NCBI GenBank assembly: GCA_000004985.1
Contig: GG738851.1
Length of the DNA: 64,000 bases
Source: Naegleria gruberi
Taxonomy: Eukaryota
Reading direction: 5' to 3' (one strand)
In this document: positions 35,637 to 46,581 of the stretch, piece after piece
Layout: each line of letters begins with the position of its first letter
Numbering within the stretch: the first letter of the stretch is position 1
Translations under genes and position numbers: made by a program
The notes under the pieces: model-generated
What the model was told of the DNA's origin: nothing
Seen by the model: only the letters and a program-made list of their open reading frames with translations
The model's database searches: none

Positions 35637-35789
35637 ATCATCATTTGGAATCATCTTACCACTTCTTTAAAACTAGCAATCATCATCCCTGGATGGTGGG
35701 TGTTAGCTTGGTAAAAAATTGATTTATAATCTTAAATTTACAATATTAGATAATATTGATAGAGTATCAAAAATAGCAATATTGACTTG

Positions 35790-37412
35790 TTAATTTATTT
35801 TCCATCTTGTAATTTTACCATTACTCTGTAAAACAAATAAATATTTTGAATCTCTTGAAAATATACACTCTCTCACTAACTCTGATGAATGATGTAGAAT
35901 AGCACATGGTCTTGAATAGAATGATAATCCAACATGTTCAAATGAAAATAATTCAACACGTCCATCATGTAATGGTCTAGCTAAATATTTATCACTAATT
36001 GCCATTTTTAACCACCAAAAATATGATTGACTTCCTTTAAATCTGTGAATAATTGAAATTTCATCCTCCTCTGAATTTACATTAAATCCACTTTGTTCAG
36101 TAACACTATCAGGTTTCCAAACAATAACTGAATCACCTGGATCATTAGTAGATGATTCAGCACTATTTGTTTTTGATAAAACTACATCTCCCAAAAATAG
36201 ACATGAATCCACATATCCTCTATGATATAAATAAACACTTCCAGATTTAATAATTGGTAATTTAAGTGTTTGAATATCTGTATTACATGTACAATTTTTA
36301 GTAAATATTTCAATCTTTTCATTATTTAAATTTAAATTATTAATATTCAAATTATTATTATTATTTAAATTATTATTATTATTAATATTTAAATTATTAT
36401 TATTTAAATTATTATTATTTAAATTATTATTATTATTTAAATTATTTAAATTATTATTTTTATAATTTTCTAATTGATAATATCTTTTTTGAAAATTAAT
36501 ATAATTATAAACATGATAATCAATTTCAAATATTCTACAAGTATTATCCATAGCACCACTAACAAAATAATTTCCATTTTGATGAAATGATAAACTAATA
36601 ATTCCAGCTAAATGACTTTGAAAAATTGCAACAGTTTCAAAATTTAAATTTAAATCCCATAAACGAATTGAATGATCATTACTTCCAGTTAATACTAAAC
36701 CATTCATTTTAGGATGAAAACAAATACAATTAACACTATTTCCATGTCCATTTAAATTTCCAATTAAATTAGTTTTAACTAAATTTTCATTTGAAATTTC
36801 AATTTCATATAAAGAAACAAATTGTGCAGATCCACACACTGCTAAAATATATTTATCATTCCATTTAGACCATCTAATACAATAATATTCAATTTGTTTT
36901 TGTTCATTTTCAATAATATGAATAATTTTACTCTTTTCATTTTCAAATTTCCAAATATAAATTGAACTTCCTTGAACATTGGCATAAATATTTAAATATT
37001 TAATATGCATATCAATTGAATAGGCTTCTAATGGTGAATATTTACCATATCTAACACATTCATCAAATTTAAATTTATTTTCAAATCCTAAACTTGTTTC
37101 AATAGTAGTAGTAGTATTATGGAAATTATTATTATTAGATGATGATGAATTATTTGATGAATTATTTGATGAATTATTAGAATACCATTCTTGTTGATAA
37201 TCTTCAATTTTATCATAATGTTTAATAGTAGTAGTAGTAGTAGTAGTAATTATTGATGATGATGAATTATTTGCATTCCGATGATTAATTTCATCATCAA
37301 TATCACTACCACTACTACTATTACTATCATTGTCATTTTGTTGTTGTTGTGATTGTTTACGACGTTGTCGAGTGGTGGAACGATTTAATGGCGTTCTTGT
37401 TGGTTTTTTCAT
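35790..37412 (-). CDS. WD40-repeat protein with poly-N/S N-terminal tracts and an internal N/L-rich insert
   Basis: WD motifs include GHGNSVNCICFHP...SIRLWDL and CRIFEIDYH. The C-terminus reads GKITRWKIN. A long NNLNNLNNNNNLNN low-complexity insertion is present. Confidence 0.75.
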   Translation of the reverse strand: MKKPTRTPLNRSTTRQRRKQSQQQQNDNDSNSSSGSDIDDEINHRNANNSSSSIITTTTTTTIKHYDKIEDYQQEWYSNNSSNNSSNNSSSSNNNNFHNTTTTIETSLGFENKFKFDECVRYGKYSPLEAYSIDMHIKYLNIYANVQGSSIYIWKFENEKSKIIHIIENEQKQIEYYCIRWSKWNDKYILAVCGSAQFVSLYEIEISNENLVKTNLIGNLNGHGNSVNCICFHPKMNGLVLTGSNDHSIRLWDLNLNFETVAIFQSHLAGIISLSFHQNGNYFVSGAMDNTCRIFEIDYHVYNYINFQKRYYQLENYKNNNLNNLNNNNNLNNNNLNNNNLNINNNNNLNNNNNLNINNLNLNNEKIEIFTKNCTCNTDIQTLKLPIIKSGSVYLYHRGYVDSCLFLGDVVLSKTNSAESSTNDPGDSVIVWKPDSVTEQSGFNVNSEEDEISIIHRFKGSQSYFWWLKMAISDKYLARPLHDGRVELFSFEHVGLSFYSRPCAILHHSSELVRECIFSRDSKYLFVLQSNGKITRWKIN

Positions 37413-37887
37413 TTTTTTGTAAAATGTTCTTTTTTAAATAATTTAAACTTTTTTACATAAATGGAAGGAATTTGATGTTAAATATTATGAATTTATTTAA
37501 TACAGAAAGATATTATTTAATAATAATTATTTACAATAATTTTATCATTTTGAAAAATTGAATTGTTTATATGCTATTTTTTTACAATTTTTAATAATTT
37601 TTCATTATTAATTCTTTCAAAAAAGGCAACTGGTAATATTTTAGATTTTTATACTTATTATAGTCTTGTTGAAACGTTATTGGTTTTTGTAAAATTACTC
37701 TCGTTTCTAATTTGGTGCAATAAACTAGGCCTTTAGACCCAGAATAATTTTTTATTAATTTAAATAAATATAAATATGAACACAATTCAATCATTAATGT
37801 TTTGTAAAGTATAGTTATTATTTTAACTACATTACAAAACATTAATGATTGAATCGGCTCACATTAGTCTCAACTATCAGCTGAAAT

Positions 37888-38565
37888 TTAATCAGCTGAT
37901 GGTATAAAATTGAGACAAATTGCATTAGGAATAGTTTTAGATGTTTTTTCAATGAGTGATTGTTTGTTATTGTAAACTTTCCATGAATTTGACCTTGTGT
38001 CTAGTAATACATTATTTTCAGTAGCACAAATTTGAGTAAACTTTTCAGTGTGATGAGTTAGTTTTCTTAATTCTTGATTAAATCCAATATAGAAAGTATC
38101 ATCATTTAGAAATGAATGAACATTAGTATTGTAAATCTGTGGAGGTATCATATCAGTTACTATGAGTTTGTTTAAACCAGTTTCGAATAGAATTACCAAG
38201 TGACCAATCCCTTCAGTCTTGTTATAATCACAATGTTTAAAGAGTGGGAATAAACTGACTGTTCTCTGTGATGTATTGAAGAAGAATTCCATTGGAAATG
38301 TATCATTACCAACAACAAGATTCGAATCTAATTTCTTCTCAAAATATTCGAAATCCTCCAAATTACTTAAAGGAATTTCAATAGGATTAGAAATATCATT
38401 ACAAACCAACAACCTTCTTTGATCAATTTCTACTGAACAATAAGATTTAAAATGTTCACATGCGAAACCTTTTGGAATGGTTATTTGTGGTTGAGTAGTT
38501 TGACCTTGTCCAGTCTCTGACCAATAAAATTCGAGATCAAATTCATAACTGTCATTAGAAGACAT
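37888..38565 (-). CDS. Hypothetical protein (225 aa)
   Basis: A clean ORF with typical codon usage and no recognisable motif. Confidence 0.5.
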   Translation of the reverse strand: MSSNDSYEFDLEFYWSETGQGQTTQPQITIPKGFACEHFKSYCSVEIDQRRLLVCNDISNPIEIPLSNLEDFEYFEKKLDSNLVVGNDTFPMEFFFNTSQRTVSLFPLFKHCDYNKTEGIGHLVILFETGLNKLIVTDMIPPQIYNTNVHSFLNDDTFYIGFNQELRKLTHHTEKFTQICATENNVLLDTRSNSWKVYNNKQSLIEKTSKTIPNAICLNFIPSAD

Positions 38566-38832
38566 TCGCTGATAATTTTAGATATTGGTTGTTGGGATTT
38601 GTGTTGGTTTGAGGAAGAATTCTTCACCGTATTTTTTTTTCTTCTTGAAAATCGGTCACGTTCCGTTTAATTACCGATTCTATTATTGATTATTACCCAA
38701 AAGAACAACTTGCGTGTCTCGAAATTCTGTTTGCTTTAGATTTTCATAAAAGTCTAAAGTTAAATTTCAGATAAGCTAATCAACATGGAAAAGCTCAAAT
38801 TATCAACTCTATCATAAAATCAAAATTTCACA

Positions 38833-38913
38833 CGCAGACTGCAGGATTCGAACCTACGAAGGTTTCCCCAACAGATTTCAAGTCTGTCGCCTTAACCACT
38901 CGGCCAAGTCTGC
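38833..38913 (-). tRNA. tRNA-Ser (anticodon TGA), copy 1
   Basis: The reverse complement reads GCAGACTTGGCCGAGTGGTTAAGGCGACAGACTTGAAATCTGTTGGGGAAACCTTCGTAGGTTCGAATCCTGCAGTCTGCG. It has a 7-bp acceptor stem, a D-loop AGTGGTTAA, anticodon loop CT-TGA-AA, a long variable arm and a T-loop GGTTCGAATCC. Confidence 0.85.
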
Positions 38914-38916
38914 TAC

Positions 38917-38966
38917 NNNNNNNNNNNNNNNNNNNNNNNNNNNNNNNNNNNNNNNNNNNNNNNNNN
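38917..38966. other. Assembly gap (50 N)
   Basis: A run of 50 n characters immediately 5' of tRNA-Ser copy 1. Confidence 0.95.
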
Positions 38967-39197
38967 AACATAACAACACCCTTCCACATTATTTTCACAT
39001 AAACAACCATTAAACCTGATAATGTTTCAAACAATAACATTACAACCTCAAGCTTCCGAAGATATTCAGTATTGGCTGCCTAGACTTACGCTTGTTTCTA
39101 TTTGATATCCAAAGCGCAGGTGACAATGTAACCTGGTTAAATTTCAGAGCTAATAAACCTACGCTACTGAGTTTTGATATAACATCAAAATTTCACA

Positions 39198-39278
39198 CGC
39201 AGACTGCAGGATTCGAACCTACGAAGGTTTCCCCAACAGATTTCAAGTCTGTCGCCTTAACCACTCGGCCAAGTCTGC
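39198..39278 (-). tRNA. tRNA-Ser (anticodon TGA), copy 2. It is identical to copy 1, including about 14 nt of 3' flank
   Basis: The same 81-nt sequence as copy 1. The shared flank is ATCAAAATTTCACA. Confidence 0.85.
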
Positions 39279-40182
39279 TACGTTGACACCTTCAAATCAC
39301 GATTTCATGTATTTTCATATCAGAAAAGCCACTAATCCACTTTGGTGATCCGATTGGTTTTTGTAAACTGAAACTCAGTGCCCAAAAACTAACGGTCTGA
39401 AAAAAAAACCTTGGAAATTCTCACCTTCATCTCTGCACTTTCAAAAATCAGCGCATCAATAATAACCAAACAAGACGCCAAATCTTTTGCTCACACCAAT
39501 TTGTACGTAATTATTTCACCTTTACAATTCAATTCGACAATTATAATTTCACTTATCCAAAAAATTGAATTCAATAACCAAACGTGTATGAATATTATTA
39601 TTATTATATTAACACTCTTCATAACAATGTAATGATATTCTTCTTCAACTGTTTGGTCATTCCATTACTTCACCTTCAACAATTTTCATAACATTTTCTC
39701 ATCACCATTAACATTAAACTGTCTATTATCATCATCAATATAATATTAGATAACACTGATTTAAAAAATGTCATCATTATCCAATGATAATTATAATGTT
39801 GATGTTGTTGTTGATGATGAAGTAACAACTCCTACCATTATTTTAACTCCTTCAAGTTCGGAGAATCTTTTATCTCCTGTTGCTGCTGCTGCTTCTTCTT
39901 CAGATAATAATAATAGTAGAATTAATTCACCACAACAATATTCCACAACAAAACGTTCTACAATGCACAGATCTCGTCCATTCAATCCTAATTCTATTAC
40001 CTATAAAGTACTTCATGACATTGCAATGAACACACTCTGATAATAATGACAACAATAACAACAATAACATTGATAATAATGATTTAGCCATTGACAATAA
40101 TATTCATAATATTAATAACATTAATAATAATATTAATAATAATAATATTAATAATAATAATAACAAGGTATTAAATAAGAAA

Positions 40183-42564
40183 ATGCAAGATTGGATGAAT
40201 GAAAAGATATCACTCATAACAAGTATACATGATAATATAGTAGGAGGTGAAGCAGTATTAAAATCACCATTTTCAAAGAATCGTTATGTTCCAATTACTT
40301 ATTGTGATTATATTGCATCTGGTAAACCATTGAAATTTATTGAAGATTATTTATTTGAACAAGTATTACCTACCTATGCTAATACACATACTACTACTTC
40401 ATTCACTGGTTATCAAACTACTCATTTTAGAGAAGATGCTAGACAAATCATTGCACAATCTGTTAATGCTAAATTAGTTAATTCTAATCAATCTAATCAT
40501 TCAAATCAATCAAATGAATGTAATAATGTATCATCATTACCATCATCATTTGAATCATCAACATGTTCACTTTGTAAATTTTCCAAATTACCAAGTGAAA
40601 GACAAGTAACAGATGAAGATTGTGATGTTGTTCTATTTGAAGGTAGTGGTAGTACAAGTGCTATTAATACACTAGTTCATTGTTTAGGTGTTAGAGAGAG
40701 AGTATTATTAGCATTATCTACAAATAATGAAAATGAAATTCCAATTGTTTTCATTTCATGTGCTGAACATCATTCTAATATTTTACCATGGAGAGAAAGT
40801 GGTGCAATTGTTATTCAAATAAGTGAAGATAGATATGGTAATATTAATTTAAAACATTTAGAACAATGTTTAATTAAATATTCTTCTAATAATAATAATT
40901 TTAATAATTTAAATAATAATTCTAATAATAATAATTTAAATAATAATAATATAAAAAATAAGAGATTATTAATTGGATCATTTACAGCAGCATCTAATGT
41001 AACAGGTGTAATTTCAGATTGTGATTCAATATGTAAATTGTGTCATTTAAATGGAGCATTATGTTTTTTTGATTATGCAGCAAGTGCACCCTATGTTTCA
41101 ATTAATGTAAATCCATCCAATGATCCAATCTATCATAAGGATGCTATATTTATTTCACCTCATAAATTTGTAGGTGGACCAAGTACACCTGGTGTTTTAA
41201 TTGCAAAGAGAAAATTATTTAAAAATGCAGTTCCAACACGACCAGGTGGTGGTACTGTTTATTTTGTTGATGATAGAAATCATTCATATACAACTTCAAT
41301 TGAAGAGAGAGAAGAAGGAGGTACACCTGATATTATTGGATCTATTAGATGTGCATTAGTATTTAAATTAAAAGATACTGTTGGTCCTTCTTTAATTTCT
41401 AAATTAGAAGATGCTTATAGAGATAGAGCATTTGAAACATGGTCAAATAATTTAAATTTAATCATTTTAGGACCAGGTAGAGAATCAATTGAAAAGGGTG
41501 GTGTTAAAAAATTAGCATTCTTTTCATTTCTAGTTAAACATGGTAATAGTTTTTTACATCATTCATTTGTTTCATTATTATTAAATGATTTATTTGGTGT
41601 ACAAACTAGAGGTGGATGTTCATGTGCTGGTCCACTTGGTATGGAAATACTTGGTATTACACATGAAAAGGCAATTGAATTAGAAACTGCTTTAATGGAA
41701 TCTTATGAAACACCAATTTCATTAACACATTTAAAACCTGGTTGGACAAGATTGAATTTAAATTATTTTTTTGATGATGAAACTGTTGATTTTGTTGTAA
41801 AGGCAGTTGATTTTGTTGCAACACATGGTTGGAAATTCTTACCCTATTATATTTTTAATGAAAAGAGTAATGAATGGATGCATAGAACATTTGATATCAA
41901 TTCAACTGATAATTTATCATCAATTCATGAAGATTTTACAAACTTTTTACAACAACATCGTAAAAAATTAACAGATGTTACTTTTGAAAATGGTAAATTA
42001 CAATTTTTAGATCATTCAAGTGAATTACATGATATGGAACCTAATACTATTCATAATTATTCAGATATATTGGAGGATGCTGAAAGATTATTAACACAAT
42101 CTATTGAATTATTTACACAAGAAAGAGCACCTTTCCAATTATCATATGAACATGAAATTTATAGATTATTTGGTGATGAAAAGTTTAAATTTGCAAAGAA
42201 ATATGGTCATTTGAGATGGTATTTATTACCTTCTCAAGTTTTGGCTGAAATTAGAAATGAAAATATTTTAAATACTACTACTACCATTTCAACAATTACC
42301 ATTTCAACAAATACTTTTAATAATTCAAATGAATTAAGAGAAGAAACAAATTATCTTGTTAAACCTAAGGTATATCCAACTAGTCAAGAATATGTTGATG
42401 AAAAATTAATGAATCAATGTACCTATTCAAGTGGACAACAACATTCCAATAATACAAATTCTGCACAATTTAAATGTCCATTTATGAGTTGTAAATGGTG
42501 GATATTATCAGGTGCTGTTATTGGTTCTGTTACTGCTTTATCTTTATATTTAAATAGGAAATAA
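40183..42564 (+). CDS. Class-V (NifS/SufS-like) PLP-dependent aminotransferase/desulfurase-family protein with a C-terminal TM helix
   Basis: The PLP-lysine motif is SPHKFVGGPSTPGVLIAKRKLF. Fold-type I signatures are CAEHHSNILPWRE and TRGGCSCAGP. The C-terminal hydrophobic segment is WWILSGAVIGSVTALSLYL. A poly-N insert is present. Confidence 0.75.
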   Translation: MQDWMNEKISLITSIHDNIVGGEAVLKSPFSKNRYVPITYCDYIASGKPLKFIEDYLFEQVLPTYANTHTTTSFTGYQTTHFREDARQIIAQSVNAKLVNSNQSNHSNQSNECNNVSSLPSSFESSTCSLCKFSKLPSERQVTDEDCDVVLFEGSGSTSAINTLVHCLGVRERVLLALSTNNENEIPIVFISCAEHHSNILPWRESGAIVIQISEDRYGNINLKHLEQCLIKYSSNNNNFNNLNNNSNNNNLNNNNIKNKRLLIGSFTAASNVTGVISDCDSICKLCHLNGALCFFDYAASAPYVSINVNPSNDPIYHKDAIFISPHKFVGGPSTPGVLIAKRKLFKNAVPTRPGGGTVYFVDDRNHSYTTSIEEREEGGTPDIIGSIRCALVFKLKDTVGPSLISKLEDAYRDRAFETWSNNLNLIILGPGRESIEKGGVKKLAFFSFLVKHGNSFLHHSFVSLLLNDLFGVQTRGGCSCAGPLGMEILGITHEKAIELETALMESYETPISLTHLKPGWTRLNLNYFFDDETVDFVVKAVDFVATHGWKFLPYYIFNEKSNEWMHRTFDINSTDNLSSIHEDFTNFLQQHRKKLTDVTFENGKLQFLDHSSELHDMEPNTIHNYSDILEDAERLLTQSIELFTQERAPFQLSYEHEIYRLFGDEKFKFAKKYGHLRWYLLPSQVLAEIRNENILNTTTTISTITISTNTFNNSNELREETNYLVKPKVYPTSQEYVDEKLMNQCTYSSGQQHSNNTNSAQFKCPFMSCKWWILSGAVIGSVTALSLYLNRK

Positions 42565-42582
42565 AACTTTATTCGAACCAAT

Positions 42583-45500
42583 TCAGTCTAGTACAATCAC
42601 TTGATCTAGAGTCAGAGTGGTTAAAAACTCGGTGCACTTATTAGTTTTGGCAGGAAAGTCACATTTGATGCTACAATATTCTTGAACCTTAGTGTTATAC
42701 CGATAAAGGTACGTTAAAAATTTGCGTGGTTTCATAATATTCAATTCATTTAGTGCACTGTCTAATTCATCATCTATCATTTCTGGAGTTGTATCAAGAG
42801 TGCAAATAAATTCACAAACTGATCTGACAGTTTTACATTCTTGCATAAAATATGGAATATTTTCAATTTTAAATGGATTATTTCTCGTTCCAAGAGTTAT
42901 TTCTGTAATGTTGGGTGTAAAATTTAAAAATAAATCTGTTAATGATTCTGATGAAATATTAATTAAATTCAATTTAGGACAATGTTTCAATTCTAATGTG
43001 GTAATATTACATTGATTCATTGATATTGAATAGACTTGTTCTAATTGAGTACAATTATTTAAGACTAAATGTTTCAATTTAGAAAAACAATTAATAATTT
43101 GTGGAGAATTTTCATCTGGTTGATAATTTCCAAACAATCTAATATCACATCCACTAATATTTAAATATTTCAAATTTTTACAATATTTTCCAATATTTTG
43201 AATAGAGTCTTGATTAATATTATTTAAAGTTAAATTTGTAATATGGTTATTAACATTAGTAGGAATACTATTATACTCAGGTATAAAATGCCTATCATTA
43301 ACTTGATTCAATTCTTGTTGGATTATTAAAAGTTGTGATAAAATATCATTTGATTTCATTCTTTCAAGTGGATTTTTTGTAATTAGATTTTTCAATAAAT
43401 TTATAATTGAATCTGATAAATGGTTAGGTACAATATCTGATTGTTTAATCATCCATTCAATATGTTTATGTATTATATCATTAGAATTATTTGCTATCAT
43501 TATAGAAGAGAATGGTTTACCATCAATCATTAAAACGTTATACTTATTATTACATAACATTTCAAATATTATACATCCTAAACTATATGAATCTAAACAA
43601 TTTCCAAATCTTGTTGCAGTTCCTATTGATAATTCAGATTCTGGTGATCTATATAATAAAGTTCCAATACCATCTAATGTAATAGTATTATTAAAAGTTA
43701 ACTTTGAATGTTCAAAATCACATATTTTAAGAATATCATTATCAAATACTAATATATTTTCTAATTTTAAATCTTGATGGATGATGTTATTGTCATGGAT
43801 TGCTATAATTCCACTAGTAATTTGAATAAAATAATTTAATAACTTGTCTATTGTTTTATCAAAAATAAAAAAATTAGTATACCAATATGTACGTAAATCA
43901 CAAATAGCTATTGGCATTATAATATAATACACTCTATTATTCTCAAGTCCAAATTGTAAATATTCTATAACATTATCAGATTTAATTGATTGAATAGTTT
44001 CACATCTATCAATAAAATCTTGTTCATTAGTAGGAACATCTACCAACTTTTTCACTTTCAATTCATTATTATATTCCACTATTGATACTTTTGCATTTAA
44101 ATATTTGATTATTGGAAATTTACTTTGATATTCAGAAGATATATTTAAATCTTCTTTTTTAATAATTTCTTCACTTCCTTCAATTTTATATTCACCTAAA
44201 TGTTTAAGCATATTTTCATGCTTTACTTCAATTTCATTTGATTTATCAATTAGAGTGGATAGATTTTTATCTTTAAATATGACAGCACAATGGTTTTTAA
44301 TATTCTGTAACGATTCACCTTTGACATCCCAATTATTGTGAGATCTTTTTGTATCTTTATAAAAAACTGTAATAACTAACTCATCTGATAGGGGAGTACC
44401 TGTTGTTTTAGGAATAATTTTTGTATTATTATTTGATTCTTGATTAGATGTTAATAGTTTTGATTGCAATTCAGGATATATAACATTATTGGTTTCTCCA
44501 TTTTTTAGAGTAATAACTTCATTAAATGTAGGTTCTGTAAATGTAATATTTGTATTATTTAATATATTTAATGTATTATTTAAATTTTCATAATCATGTA
44601 TTGATTTATAATAAATTGCATTGTAAACATGTACAGCTTTACAATTATTATCTAAATTATATGCTAAATTAATACATTCTTTAAATTTATGATAATCTCC
44701 ACATTGAATATATAATTGTGCACCCATAATATATAAACCTGTACATGGATACTTGATAATTAAATTATTATATAAATAAATAGCATTTTCAATACTTCCT
44801 GAATTAAAATATGAAATAAATTTAGAAAATTCTGAATAAGCACAATCTTCATTTTCTAATATATTTAAATTTATATTCAATTCATTTTCATTAATTTCAC
44901 CATTCAAATATTTGATAATATTTAAAATAATATTTTTATAATAAAAACAATTCATACGTTTCATAGAGTCTATGTGAATCATTCTATTAATACATTTAAT
45001 TAATATATTTTTAATTTCTTTTTCACATTCAACATATCTATTAATTAATTTTTCAATTTGGTTATGTAATTCATTTTCATCTTTTTTAGTTTTACAAGGT
45101 AGTACTATTTTAGAAATATTGCAATTAGTTAGTAATGTTAATAAAATACATCCTAATGAATATGTATCACTTGTTATATCATTGTTATGTGATTCATTTG
45201 TTTCAAATACCTCAGGTGCTATATATTCAAAATTTAATGAAAAATCTACAAATTTTAATTCATCATTTTCCATTAATACAATATTATTAGGATTTAAATT
45301 TGTTATTACAATATTCTTATTATGAAATGATTGTACTAAATTAAGTATTTTAGTAAAAATACTAAGTTTTTCAATAATAGTTTTAGAATTAGTATTATAA
45401 ATGTAATCTACAAGTGATCTGAATTCCATAACATCAAAACTAATCTCATCAGTTCTAACACATTCTAATTTTCTAATGTTAGACTGAAAGTTAACTCTTT

Positions 45501-46581
45501 TTAAAAACTTAAGTGTTTCTTTTGATAAAATGTTTTCAATAATTCCTACTACAACATTTTTTTTTCTACTTGTATCATATACTAGAAATGTAAAGTAATA
45601 ACAATAACCAATAAATGAAATAATTTCAAATCCATATTTGTTCAAAATACTTGAATAAATATTATTCCATGATATTGTCTCTATGTTTCCAAATTTTTGA
45701 ACAACTTCTAATACAAATTCTCTATCTTTTTTGAGTGAATCATCAACATATTCAAATGCATTACCATTGTGTTTAACAGTTTCTAATATAATTTCTCTAT
45801 CTTTTTTAAATAATTCATGTACATCTTTTAATTCATCATTCACTTCTCTATTATTAAAAAATGATAATTTTTCAAAATAATTTTCATTCGAAAGTATAAT
45901 TAAAAAATCTATTAATTGGTCATCTAATATTTTCAATTGTTCATAATCTTTTCTTATTAATTCTGTTTCATTTGAAAATGATTTTCTGGTTGTAATTTCA
46001 TATATTACTATTGATAAAGCTTTCATAACATCACTAAGCAATTGAAAATAGTATGATTGTTCAATTGATATAAAATTACTAGTATCATTTAACATAACTG
46101 TAATTGTTTCTTCTTCTCTATTAAATTCTTTAACAATAATATTATTTTTAATTAATTTAGAATTATCATACTTATTATTATTATAAATTAATTTATCATT
46201 ATCATAAATATATTTTAATACATTAGATACTTGTTTTAATATTTGTTTAATTATTTTTGCTGATGGAATTTCATCTTTAAAAAAATTAAATAATGTACTT
46301 TTACAATACTCAGTTTCAATACATTTATAATATTCATCATTAATAACTAATTTAAATATATCATATACTCTTGCTATGTTATAATGTGATGATCTATTAG
46401 ATATTGTTTTTTTTAATTCATCATAATCATATACAAAATCATAATATTTTTCAACTTGTAATGACTTGATAGTATTATCTGTTTTGGATGAAATTTTAAA
46501 TAAATTATTTTCAGAACATTCTATTGTACAAGAAGAATATCTTGGAAGATTCCGAATAGCTGTCAATATATTTTCTGACAT
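42583..46581 (-). CDS. Large multidomain protein (1332 aa) with three kinase-like domains, a central TPR-like region and C-terminal LRRs. Two of the kinase-like domains are degenerate
   Basis: Domain 3 has HQDLKLENILV...ICDFEHSKL...GTLLYRSPE. The catalytic Asp is present, with DFE in place of DFG. Domain 2 has HNKNIVITNLNPNNIVL...FVDFSLNFEYIAPEV, with no catalytic Asp. Domain 1 is kinase-like with KxxN replacing HRD. The C-terminal LRRs read LKYLNISGCDIRLFGN... The start is an ATG at 46581. Confidence 0.75.
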   Translation of the reverse strand: MSENILTAIRNLPRYSSCTIECSENNLFKISSKTDNTIKSLQVEKYYDFVYDYDELKKTISNRSSHYNIARVYDIFKLVINDEYYKCIETEYCKSTLFNFFKDEIPSAKIIKQILKQVSNVLKYIYDNDKLIYNNNKYDNSKLIKNNIIVKEFNREEETITVMLNDTSNFISIEQSYYFQLLSDVMKALSIVIYEITTRKSFSNETELIRKDYEQLKILDDQLIDFLIILSNENYFEKLSFFNNREVNDELKDVHELFKKDREIILETVKHNGNAFEYVDDSLKKDREFVLEVVQKFGNIETISWNNIYSSILNKYGFEIISFIGYCYYFTFLVYDTSRKKNVVVGIIENILSKETLKFLKRVNFQSNIRKLECVRTDEISFDVMEFRSLVDYIYNTNSKTIIEKLSIFTKILNLVQSFHNKNIVITNLNPNNIVLMENDELKFVDFSLNFEYIAPEVFETNESHNNDITSDTYSLGCILLTLLTNCNISKIVLPCKTKKDENELHNQIEKLINRYVECEKEIKNILIKCINRMIHIDSMKRMNCFYYKNIILNIIKYLNGEINENELNINLNILENEDCAYSEFSKFISYFNSGSIENAIYLYNNLIIKYPCTGLYIMGAQLYIQCGDYHKFKECINLAYNLDNNCKAVHVYNAIYYKSIHDYENLNNTLNILNNTNITFTEPTFNEVITLKNGETNNVIYPELQSKLLTSNQESNNNTKIIPKTTGTPLSDELVITVFYKDTKRSHNNWDVKGESLQNIKNHCAVIFKDKNLSTLIDKSNEIEVKHENMLKHLGEYKIEGSEEIIKKEDLNISSEYQSKFPIIKYLNAKVSIVEYNNELKVKKLVDVPTNEQDFIDRCETIQSIKSDNVIEYLQFGLENNRVYYIIMPIAICDLRTYWYTNFFIFDKTIDKLLNYFIQITSGIIAIHDNNIIHQDLKLENILVFDNDILKICDFEHSKLTFNNTITLDGIGTLLYRSPESELSIGTATRFGNCLDSYSLGCIIFEMLCNNKYNVLMIDGKPFSSIMIANNSNDIIHKHIEWMIKQSDIVPNHLSDSIINLLKNLITKNPLERMKSNDILSQLLIIQQELNQVNDRHFIPEYNSIPTNVNNHITNLTLNNINQDSIQNIGKYCKNLKYLNISGCDIRLFGNYQPDENSPQIINCFSKLKHLVLNNCTQLEQVYSISMNQCNITTLELKHCPKLNLINISSESLTDLFLNFTPNITEITLGTRNNPFKIENIPYFMQECKTVRSVCEFICTLDTTPEMIDDELDSALNELNIMKPRKFLTYLYRYNTKVQEYCSIKCDFPAKTNKCTEFLTTLTLDQVIVLD

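Noticed and set aside
38828-39040. 70-aa ORF containing a run of X
   Set aside because: It spans the 50-N assembly gap and overlaps the tRNA-Ser gene on the same strand, so it is an artefact.
40041-40182. AAT/ATA-rich tract as a repeat or mobile element
   Set aside because: It is a simple trinucleotide microsatellite of the kind typical of dictyostelid leaders and poly-N tracts. It is noted only as a possible in-frame extension.
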